Assembly (NCBI GenBank): GCA_029953675.1
Contig: JAMWBK010000002.1
Coordinates: 2,046,001-2,110,000, forward strand
Length of the DNA: 64,000 nucleotides
Direction of reading: 5' to 3'
DNA from: Rhodosorus marinus CCMP1338
Taxonomy: Eukaryota; Plantae; Rhodophyta
The notes under the pieces are model-generated. The model ran no database searches. It was given only the letters and a program-made list of their open reading frames with translations, and was not told the origin of the DNA. Made by a program: the position numbers and the translations under genes. This document shows, piece after piece, positions 11,250 through 21,093 of this stretch. Within the stretch, counting starts at the first letter, position 1. Each line of letters opens with the position of its first letter.

Positions 11250-11900
11250 AACGTGTTGGGGAATGTTCGAGCTTGGGGTTTGCAAAAGTTGGAGTAGATG
11301 AAGAGAACTGGATTGAAGCTTTAGGTTGGCTTCCTTTTGGTAAGTCTTTGTTGATTTTTGTGAGCGTTGTGTTGTCGCTTTGTGTGCTGTGGAGAAAGCC
11401 TTCGCCAGCAGGGTTTTTTGGGATCTTGAGGAAGGACAAGCTGGGAGCCCAGAAGCTTGGTTCGTGGTGTTAAGAGTAGATGAAGAGACTGGATTGAAGC
11501 TATAGCTGGCTTCCTTTTGGAAATTCTTTGCGTACATTTTTTGTGAGTGTTGTGTTCGCGCTTAATGTGCTGTGGAGAGAGTCTTTGCCGGCAGGGTTTT
11601 GGAAAAGGGATCTTGAGGATTGTGGGTACCTGGGAGCCCAGAAGCTTGGCTCGTGGTGTTGGACTGGATGAAGAGAACTGGACTGAAGCTTTAGTTTACT
11701 TTCTTCGAGCTTTTGTTAGTTCACATGAGTGGTTTTGTTCTGGGCTTGTTGGGTTTTTCTGGTTCAGTTGGGTAAGACAACTTGAGAGAACCCGTTCCCC
11801 TCAGACTTCGGCTTGCTGAGGAAGGAAGGAGAAGTTGGGGAGTCGAGAAGCTTGGCTTGTGGGGTTGGAAGAGAAGTGGCCTGAATATTTAGCTGACTTC
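11250..11900. repeat. Degenerate ~185-bp tandem repeat, about 4 copies, upstream of the J-domain gene
   Basis: ATGAAGAG(A)ACTGGA(T/C)TGAAGCT at ~11298, ~11480, ~11668; GGGAGCCCAGAAGCTTGG at ~11443 and ~11632; weaker fourth copy near 11847-11880. Confidence 0.85.
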
Positions 11901-11953
11901 CTGGGATTTTCTGATTTCTGGTTTGTCTTCTGGGTTTTTAATGTGCGTCGGTT

Positions 11954-12918
11954 ATGAATAAGCCTTTTCAGGAGCTCGGACTCTCGTCCAAAGCTAGCGA
12001 GGAAGAGATAAGAAAGGCGTTCAGGCGGAAGGCTTTGGAGTAGGTGGTTTTTCCTCCCCTGATTTTGTATTTTTAATGGATCTGTAGTTGCGTTTTCTTG
12101 ATGGGTTTCTTGAGCGATGACTCTTTCCTATCCCTGCAGATTGTGTGTTTTCGCTGGTGTTTTTATGATCTTTTCTCATCTTTGGTTCTTGCTGTAGGTG
12201 GCACCCTGATAGACACACTGAGAACAGGGCTGCAGCTGAGAATAAGTTCAAGGAAATCAACTCGGCATATGAACAATGCATGTCGCTGAAGAAATCTGGG
12301 TTTGATGGATATCGTGCGCACAGAGCCACAACCTCAGCGGCAGGTGGAGCGGCTTATCGGTCATCGAACTCATGGGCAAAAGCTAGTAAAGATTTTGATG
12401 ACGAGAAGAAGCAGGAAGGCCAAAGGGTATACACTGGGGTCCCCAACCGAGGTGGTTTTGGGACCCCGTATGCTACGTTTCAGCAAGCAAATGTGGGTGC
12501 CACTCGGTCTCACGCGGGTTGGGGAGGTACTTATGCGTTCAGAGCGAACCAAAGAACCAGTTTTTACAATTCCAAATACAGGCCAAACCAGGGTTTTCAA
12601 AACGACCCGAAACCCGGGAGCTGGCACTACGCGCAGAGTCCAGAAGAGAAGTTTGCAATGGGCTGGGCGTTTCAATCGAACTCGGGAAGGTACTGGTCGA
12701 CCCTCCCAAACCCCAAGACTTTTCCTTTCTCTTTCAACTGGGCTAACACTCTTGAGAATATGTTCTTGTGGCCCTACAGAGCGGGAAGATCTCGGTTGCC
12801 CATGATAATGATGCCGATAGGCGTGACCGTGTTCCTGGTCATGTCAATGTATCAATTTGCGTCGAATCCGGTGAGCACCATCATGACAAAAGAAGCCACG
12901 CCGTTTAGCGTTCAATAG
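11954..12918 (+). CDS. J-domain (DnaJ family) protein with C-terminal transmembrane segment; 2 exons
   Basis: Exon 1 MNKPFQELGLSSKASEEEIRKAFRRKALE joins via intron 12040-12197 to WHPDRH...AENKFKEINSAY (HPD motif); hydrophobic IMMPIGVTVFLVMSMY near C-terminus. Confidence 0.88.
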
Positions 12919-13494
12919 TTCTACGCGCAAGTAATCCGCACACTGACTTTGCCCCATCCACTGTGAATGTTTCTCATCAGCACCGCCGTCCCATTGATAT
13001 GAGCATTAATGAGAGACTGGAGGAAACGGCTAGAGAGAAGGAGCAGATACGGAAGGAACAGATCAACTTACATCGACAGCGGGTGATGACTCACGACCTA
13101 GAAGAGGAGACCCAAGCAAGGGTCGGCCGATGAAAGCAGTCAAGCCGCCTTTGAAGTGATGAATCATACCCGTCCGCAAAATGAGAGATATGGATAGAGC
13201 CTTGTGGGCCCACGACGGCGGGGATGCGCCTCACACCCGACCAACTCGAAGGAGAAACTTCGTGCGCACACCAGAGATATTATTGCAAACAACCTGTCTG
13301 CGGTCTTGAGTGTTCTTCCAAACGGAGCCAGCAGATGATGTCGTTCTAGGTTTTCTACAGGTCATGTCTATAGAGTTGGAAATCTGGACCATCCATGTGG
13401 AACGGAAAAGCTGTTTGTTTTGCTTTATGTACACCGATTTTTGATGTGTAGTCAGTCTTAATATAAGGTCGAAACTCCCACGCTTGGAATGGTT

Positions 13495-14928
13495 TTAAGC
13501 AAGGACGACATTGATTCCCTTGAGGCGCCGGAGCCGATTTCTCGTATCGATAACTGGGCAGGTGACTCTCTTGAACATATCATATTCGATGTTGTCATGG
13601 TCTGTGACGATAACCACGGCATCCTGTTGGCTCAAGATCTCCTCAGATATAGCAACACTCTCCACGCCTTCCAGTCTCTTGTGGGTCCTTGTTTTGGGGA
13701 CCTTGGGGATAAACGAGTCGTGGTATGATATCGCCGCTTGGAGGTCAAGGAGGAGTTCCCAGATCTTCAACGCTGGGGATTCACGGCAGTCGTCGACGTT
13801 GGGTTTGTAGGCAATCCCGATCAGCATGACTTTTGAGCCCTTGACAGCCTTGCCCACATCGTTCAGGGCGAGCTGTACCTTATCCACAATTCGGCTGGGC
13901 ATGGACGCGTTCACTCGACCAGAGATTTCTATAAATTCGCTTCTCTGTCCAACCTCCTTGGCCTTCCATGTCAAGTAGAACGGGTCTATTGGAATACAGT
14001 GACCCCCGACCCCAGGGCCGGGGTTAAACCTCTTGAATCCGAAAGGCTTTGTCTCCGCGGCGTCCAGTACCTCCCAAATATCCACGTCCATCTTCTCAAA
14101 AACTAGCTTTAGCTCATTCACAAGCGCAATGTTCACAACTCGGAAACTGTTCTCAAGTAGCTTGGAACACTCGGCGATCCTCGCCGACTTGACTTTTACA
14201 ACGTTCTTGAACCCTCCGCATCTGTAAAGAGCGGCAGCTAGCACACCAGAGCTTTCATCTACGCCCCCAACTAGCTTCGGAATGATTGAGGTTTCGACAG
14301 CTTCATCACCACTTCCAGCGGGATTCTCCCTCTCCGGTGAAAAGGCCAGGAATAGCTGCCATTAACAAAGAACAGAGAACGACGATGGGGACTCTTTTGT
14401 CAGATTCGTGCTCAAAAGGCGCGCACAGATGATATTCTCCGATGAGCTCACGTCAGTTCCTACTTCAAGCTGGTTGTCTTTCGTGAGTATTCTCAATACG
14501 TCCGTATCAGTTGCACCTGGATAAGTCGTGGATTCCAGCACAAAAAGCTGGTTGCCCATGAGCTGCTTCGCGATTAGCTCGCTGGTTCCAAACACGTAGG
14601 ACATGTCCGGCTCTTCATGCGTCCCAAGCGGGGTTGGAAGGCACATCACATAAATATCCACCCCCGCAAGGTCCTCAAGTTTCGTTGTCGCCTGGAACCT
14701 TATGGAATCGCTGAGATCCTTCACCACGTCCACACCGATGTGCTTGATATAACTCTTCCCTTCGCTTAACAACGTTACCTTCCTTTCATCGACGTCGTAA
14801 CCCCTCACCTTCAGTCCGCTTCGATGAAACACAGCTGCCAGAGGTAATCCAACATACCCAAGACCGATCACGCCAACAGTAGCTCTACCATTCTCAATCT
14901 TCTTCAGCAAGTCCTCCATAGTCTCCAA
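13495..14928 (-). CDS. Bacterial-type UDP-N-acetyl-D-glucosamine/mannosamine 6-dehydrogenase (WbpA/WecC nucleotide-sugar dehydrogenase family); 2 exons
   Basis: VIGLGYVGLPLA Rossmann motif, LESTTYPGAT, FSPERENP, KLLENSFRVVNIALVNEL, PGPGVGGHCIPIDP (catalytic Cys), GIAYKPNVDDCRESP; 96-nt GTGAGC...CAG intron at 14356-14451. Confidence 0.92.
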
Positions 14929-16375
14929 CTATCATCGATCGCAAACTAACCACAGAAACTCCCACTGACCAATAAAAGATCAAAATCCAATGCCCACCGT
15001 ATCAGTCTAACTAATCCAAAAAAAATTCCTCTGATCTCCAAACATGCTGGCTGGTGCCTGCTTCAGTACCCCGTACACCCAGACAACGACTCCTGCATCC
15101 CCAACTCCAACCACTACTCTACTAATACTTATAAACCTCCTCCCCAAATGCTCAGACTATTCCATAACTTTCGCAAACGAAATCCTCCATATGTCATATA
15201 TTCACTAAAATAATTCTTAATACATATATTTTGAAAACTAAAATATTTATATGGGCCATTCAGTTGATCTTTTTTCAAGTTTCCAGTGAAATATACTTCT
15301 TTTTCTAATATTATTTACCTATAGGATGATATCTCTACGTAAAAAGTGCATATATTTAGGAACGAATGTGTATGTGGCACGGCCGACGTTTTGGTTAATG
15401 AGTTTCGGGAGTCCTTCAACGCAAACGAGAATGAATTTCGTGATTTCTCAAGGCTCTTCAAGCCACAGATCCACCGCTGGTCGTCGGATGAGTTTATGTT
15501 TTCGTGTTGTTGGCATTGATCAGGAGGAACGGAAAACCAACCCATTGGGACAATGGGCATTAGGGTTTTGAAATGACTGAGGTCACGAGGTGTAACAGAA
15601 TCACGTCCATGAAGCGTTCCATTACCTCCTCTTCTTTATTCCCGGGAATTCTCTATCTTTTTCTCTAAGACGAGAAGAGTGTAAAACTCCCTTGTGTCCC
15701 GATTATGAGTTGAGCTCCTTTCCCGTCCCATCAAATTCAACTCTGAAGTCCACGGCGGATGAGTGCGTAACCGACTTTTTGATGAACTTCCTACGATATT
15801 CGTTCGAATACGGAACAGAACAAAACCGCTGTTGCCTGGATCGACAGCCGTTTTCCAATCCAAATTACTCAAGTTCACAACAACGCAGCATTCATAGTCT
15901 GACTAAAACACATTAGATCACAGCGACCTTGTAGAGCCTTCCTACACCCTTCCCATATTCTCTAGACGCAGAGCAGCACAGAATAGCTTCTAGCATGCAT
16001 CGAATGCACAATTTGGAATCCTCTTCCCTGCCCCAGTCATCCGCTGCGCTATCACAGGCTAACAATAATGAGATTGTATAGGTCTAGATAAGTTTTCAAG
16101 GCTTACTCAAATCATCTCATGCTCTCTTTATCCAGGGCAGAACAGGATTGAACAGAAACCAACTACAGCTGCTGCCCGCACCGGCTGCATTGACTCAAAC
16201 CTTTCCGATCCCATTAAGCACAGCTTCAGAGCTGGTGAGTGTGTGGACGAGAGCTGAGAAAGGCTTGGGGGAGGAGATGGGAATGTGGTATGGCCCTGGC
16301 TATGACAAACAGGGATTGGAAGCTCTGCAAGAAACAAAAGGTCTACTTGTGAGCACGTTTGAAGAGGAAAGAAGG

Positions 16376-17191
16376 ATGGATACTGGATTCGTCCTCAATG
16401 GTGGCAGTTTGCGGCCGCGTCAATTGACAGTGAGCGCGGCTAGTAGGAAGGGGAAGAAAGGAAAGACTGCAAAGGGTGGCAAGCAGGTGAGGCCTGGTTC
16501 CGGGACTGGATTTGGACCACCGAAGGAGGAGAAATTAGAGCATGTGGATACGGAGATTGTAGCAGAATCTGATTCTGTTGGGGCCCAGAGGAGTGCGGAA
16601 GATGAAGTTATGGCCAAGTTTGGGGTGTACCAGTCGTCTGGCGCGAAAGTTCTCCAGGAGAAAGTTGAACGGAAAAGACGAGCGGACGAGGAGCGAGAGA
16701 AGAGCAGGGTTTCGAACTATTCGAAACTCGTTTCTAAAATAGGTATCGACGGCGTTGGCAAGTAAGTCTCCGTACATGTGACGCAGTAGACAAGCGCTGC
16801 TCCGATGCTGATCAAATGTTCTTGCATGCGTTCAGATTGGACAAGGCTCTGGCAACTGCTTGCACTGTCTGTCTCGCAGTGGTTTTCGTTACCGGTATAC
16901 TAATAGGTGTTGAAGCATTCTTCAAAGCAACAGGTTCGTTTCCTCAGAATGACATGAATACACTGCAAAAACATTTGTGACTAATCTCGTTTGTTTTCCT
17001 TGGGGTTTCGGTTAGGACAAGATGTGCCGCAAAATCTCGACCAGTTCCTAGTTCAGGGGGTCAACTACGTTTTCACCCCGTCCCTCCTGATCTTCTTTGC
17101 GTGCTCAATCAATCTAGGACTCCTCAAGTCGGCACAGATCGACGAGGCAAACGATTACATCCGAAGTCAGCAGGATCAGAATAAGAAGTGA
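16376..17191 (+). CDS. Putative plastid-targeted protein with two predicted transmembrane helices; 3 exons
   Basis: MDTGFVLNGGSLRPRQLTVSAASRK transit-peptide-like start; GTAAGT and GTTCGT introns join LDKALATACTVCLAVVFVTGILIGVEAFFKATG and QDVPQNLDQFLVQGVNYVFTPSLLIFFACSINLGLLK. Confidence 0.7.
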
Positions 17192-17415
17192 ATAGCACCC
17201 AAGCGGGGCACAGTGATAGGCAGCTCAAATGGCGCTTGCTCCTTCGATAGGCTTCTTTCTCTGGTTAAACATTTTTTTGGCCTTGTTAATCTCTCTTCTC
17301 TTTTGATCTTTTACAATATCCGCCGAAGAGGAAAAATGGTTCGTTCTACATGTGAAGGACGTTAAGCACTGCCCCCCCTCCCCCCCCTTTAAGAGCTAAA
17401 AAGAACTTTCAAAAC

Positions 17416-17975
17416 TTATTTGAAAAAGGAGGGCAACCGATTCCACCATTTACCCTCAAGGAGACCCGGTCTGACTCCTTTCCCGCCGCACGTACTGCAA
17501 ACGACGGGTTTGCCGCCACAACCATCGCAGTAAATCGGTTCACCAGAAACATTGTCGTAGTACGGGCGACCGTTGCACTCTAAACAAACACGGTTGCCTT
17601 TTCCATCGCAATCGCCACACTTGTCATCCTAGAGCATGATCAGAAAAGCCAATCGTGAGCATTTAATTACCCCCGTTTACGCTGAAAATCAGATCCGCAT
17701 GTTCAACAGCACTCGTCAACTCATGAGAAAGTGCTTACCCCGCGGATCTCATTCGGTCTCATGTCCATTTCAAACCTTGAGCCCATTCCCTTCTTCTCGA
17801 ACCCTACATACTTGTCCGTTTTGAACCCGTCGTAAATCTCCTTCCTAATTCGCGGCTTAGCATCATCAGCCTCACCAGCTTCCTCGCACATCCTCACTCT
17901 TTTACACGTCTTACAACGTGCCTTGTGAGACACCCCGAATCCTCCAGAGCCTACAAAACCCACCTCGCTGTCCAT
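17416..17975 (-). CDS. Small putative plastid protein with DnaJ-type Cys-rich zinc finger; 3 exons
   Basis: MDSEVGFVGSGGF transit-peptide-like start; last exon CGDCDGKG..VCLECNG...CDGCGGK..VCSTCGGKG (CxxCxGxG repeats). Confidence 0.8.
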
Positions 17976-18156
17976 GGTCAAACCCTCCTCCAAAAATTAA
18001 CACAATCCACGAGCAATACAAAAAACAATCTCAGCCTCGATATAGACCCAAAGCTCACACGTCCTCTGCTACCAAAAACACCAAACAGCAAGAGCTCCCA
18101 CCCACACCACCCCCCAACCCTCTACCAACAAGAAAAGATCTGTAGATCTAATCCTT

Positions 18157-18157
18157 C

Positions 18158-18188
<31 letters not shown>

Positions 18189-18200
18189 GATATAGATATA
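18157..18200. repeat. (TA)n-type microsatellite in an AT-rich promoter island
   Basis: ATATATATATATACATATATATATATAGATATAGATATA; shorter (TA)n runs also near 36424, 43428, 51516 and 63545. Confidence 0.85.
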
Positions 18201-18994
18201 AACTAAATCTGTCCTTGCGCTTCCGTATCAAACCTCACTCCCAGCCTCCCCTGCACATCCAATCCTGTGCACCCTCCCAAATCCCCAATCCCCAATTCTG
18301 AACTCAACAAAATCTCATCCCCGAAAAAAAAGAAAATTTCCTTCAAAATCCACCTCACAATATCCTCCCTCCCCCTTAACAATTCGACTCTACTTTTCAA
18401 TCTCAGTATTCTTCTAACCCGTATGAAATTCTTTATCTTAATATTAAACAAATATATAACTTTATTTCATATATTAGAAGAAATTAGTTTAGGAATTAAG
18501 GAGAGGGGGGGGGTGTTTTTCTTGTTTTGTTCATTCTATTGGTACCCCCTTGGTTGCCAACGCGAATAATGCATCACGGTCGTGAAACATAAAAACTTGG
18601 GGAGATGACGATTTCTTTAAATAAAACGCAGGATGACGTCTTTATTACATCCATGCGTTTGAAATATAATTTAAAATTAGTTGCTTTACTTAGTGGTGAG
18701 TTCTCTGACCCCTCTTATCCTTAGAAAGAAAAACGTTTTGGAATTTAGGAGAGGGGGGTGATCGCACGGACTACGACACAAAATAATTCCTAGTTGTTAT
18801 TTTTTGGTAGCTTTTCATTTCTTGTTTGTTTCTGTACAGGAGGGAAGTATTGCTCGTCGTCCCGTAGGATCCTTGTTCTCAATAGGGGGTTGGAGTCTTT
18901 TGCAAAGGATTTTAGTCAATCAAGGAAATATTGATTGATAGCGTCCCATTGATATTGGGACAGTCCCTTTTTTCATCCTTTTCAAGAGTGGGCT

Positions 18995-19383
18995 ATGGCA
19001 AGGGATGAGAAGCACTATAACTTCCCTACAGAACAGCTTGTAAAGATTTGGTTCAACTTTCTCTTCATTATTGTGCCGTCTGAGACCCCATGACCGGCCA
19101 GAGGTCAATCAGCAGAGTCGTTTAGATGGATATGACCTACATCTTCGTCGCCGTAGGAGCCTACGCCAATTGGGGTACGTGAAATCCGTATTTGGAAGTG
19201 GGAGCATTATCGTCACCTGCATGATCGCCGAGCTTCAAGCCAAGCTCAAGAGTACATGTTCCAGAAAGAAGTGAGAAAGGCATCATCCCGTCCAAGTTCA
19301 AACAGCACCAACGGCCACGTCCGGGACAACCCCCCCCCCAACCTTGGAAAGGTTCGCGAAGCAATCTCAGAGATGGCCACTAG
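18995..19383 (+). CDS. Possible small (~70 aa) spliced orphan protein
   Basis: ATG 18995; introns 19040-19125 and 19175-19264 have GT-AG ends and typical lengths; product MARDEKHYNFPTEQLMDMTYIFVAVGAYANWERSEKGIIPSKFK...; no family recognised. Confidence 0.3.
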
Positions 19384-19625
19384 GAACCTGTCCTGGATAC
19401 AAACGCAAGCGTACTTGATGAACGATTCTTGGAATGTCACAACTGCTTCACTGAAATAGGCTTGCGTCAAAGTCTTCTCCACAAGCCGTTGGGACGAAAG
19501 CTTGGTAAGCAACTAAACGAAGAAAAAAAAATTTTTGTGAGTCAAGCAGCCGCGTCGACAGTGGGGCGCTTTTGGAGCGAACTGGTCAGCGAAGGCGACG
19601 AGTGCGGAATTGTATCTTGACCAGA

Positions 19626-20300
19626 ATGGAGGAAAAATCAAACGGATCTGAAATTATTTCAAGAAAGCTTCTTCGCCTAGGAGCTCTTGCGGCGATCGTG
19701 GCGATAGCCTTGCCTGTCTTCTTCGGTTACGGGCATCGGCACGTGTTCGACCCTGTGGAGCTGCAGGAATTGGCGAAACGCGGGATAGAGCAAGGCAAAG
19801 GAAATAGTACCCTCGTGATTAGCAGCGTCACTGAACTCGTGAAGGAGAGATACGGAGATCACATATTCGATTCCCCGAGATGGATGTTCAACAATGCTGG
19901 AGGTGCGATGGGCACGATGCTCGTGCTCCATTGTTCCCTCTCTGAATACTTGATTATATTTGGAACGCCGTTGGGAACGGAAGGTCATACTGGACGATTT
20001 ATGGCGGACGATTTCTTCACGATGATTGTCGGTGAGCAGTGGGCGGCGTTGTCGAAGGCTCCACTGCGTGAGGTCTATGCACCTGGCGATCAGCACCACT
20101 TGCCAAGAGGCGTTTCCAAACAGTACCGGTGCCCGGGAGAATGCTGGGCTCTTGAATACGCAAGAGGAAGCATTGTTTCTATGCTGCCTTTCGGATTCGC
20201 GGACACGTTCACCTCAACTCTAGATTTTGTCTCGCTGTTGGAAACTATCCAAGTGTCCGCGGGAGGCATCCTCAGAGAGCTTCTGCGAGGAAAGGTCTAG
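19626..20300 (+). CDS. ERG2: ERG2 / sigma-1 receptor family (sterol C-8 isomerase-like)
   Basis: N-terminal TM helix; WMFNNAGGAMGTM.VLHCSLSEYLIIFGTPLGTEGHTGRF.ADD; WALEYARG.I.SMLPFG.AD. Confidence 0.93.
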   Translation: MEEKSNGSEIISRKLLRLGALAAIVAIALPVFFGYGHRHVFDPVELQELAKRGIEQGKGNSTLVISSVTELVKERYGDHIFDSPRWMFNNAGGAMGTMLVLHCSLSEYLIIFGTPLGTEGHTGRFMADDFFTMIVGEQWAALSKAPLREVYAPGDQHHLPRGVSKQYRCPGECWALEYARGSIVSMLPFGFADTFTSTLDFVSLLETIQVSAGGILRELLRGKV

Positions 20301-21093
20301 TTTCCGGACGCGATCTTTCAAGGTTCAGAATCTCTGCCTCCAACGAAGGAGCGCATAGAAACGAACCGTAGCAGGAGCAATTGTACAAAAACTTATTTGG
20401 TGACGAGAACCCTTGCATTTTTATTTTTGTTTTTGATCGTTGTTGCTCTGAGGTGCAACCCTTGATCAGAGCAGATAGCTTTGCCCTCCTAACCATTAGA
20501 CGAGTAAAACTCATCAAACAATTAGCACGTTCATACCGAACAGGTTTGATCGCAGAAGGCAAAGTGGGATTCTCCCGGAGGTGATACCATCAACCCGAAC
20601 CCGAAGATTCGATGGATGCTCGCAGGCCAGACTTGCTCCCTAGAATTGCTGCACAGGATCAAATCCATCAGCCAGACGGCCTTTCGACAGAGCCCGCCCC
20701 CATGGCTGCACCTAGCTCAGTCGCAGATATCCCATATACTTGCAATCCTGCCTGAGGTGCCCTTTCGTTGTCTTCCACGACGACAACCCCACTGCTACAG
20801 AGTTGGGATGCTAAGCTACGCTAAAAGCTTCTGGTCCAATCCTGTCAATGTGGTGCATACTCAATGTCAGAAAGGAACGGTGAGCGCTGAGTTGCTGCGC
20901 AATGACCACGGAGCTGAGTGGGCGTCTTGAAAGAAAACCAAGCCGACGAAACTCATCCTTTGCCGAGGATCGAAGGGGTTCTCCTCTTTCCTTCCACTAA
21001 CTTGAGGAGGGAGGTGTCGAGCCTAGGAACCTGAGTGCTTTGGAATGGTCACCTACAGTACTACTGGGATTTGCCGTATAGATCAATAGAGGA

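Noticed and set aside
12302-12805. 167-aa plus-strand ORF in an alternative frame
   Set aside because: Overlaps the J-domain gene, whose frame is fixed by the spliced HPD motif
20380-20930. Possible small spliced gene between ERG2 and the large Zn-finger gene
   Set aside because: A CTAAC...TAG acceptor exists near 20490-20500, but no start codon or consistent exon chain could be built
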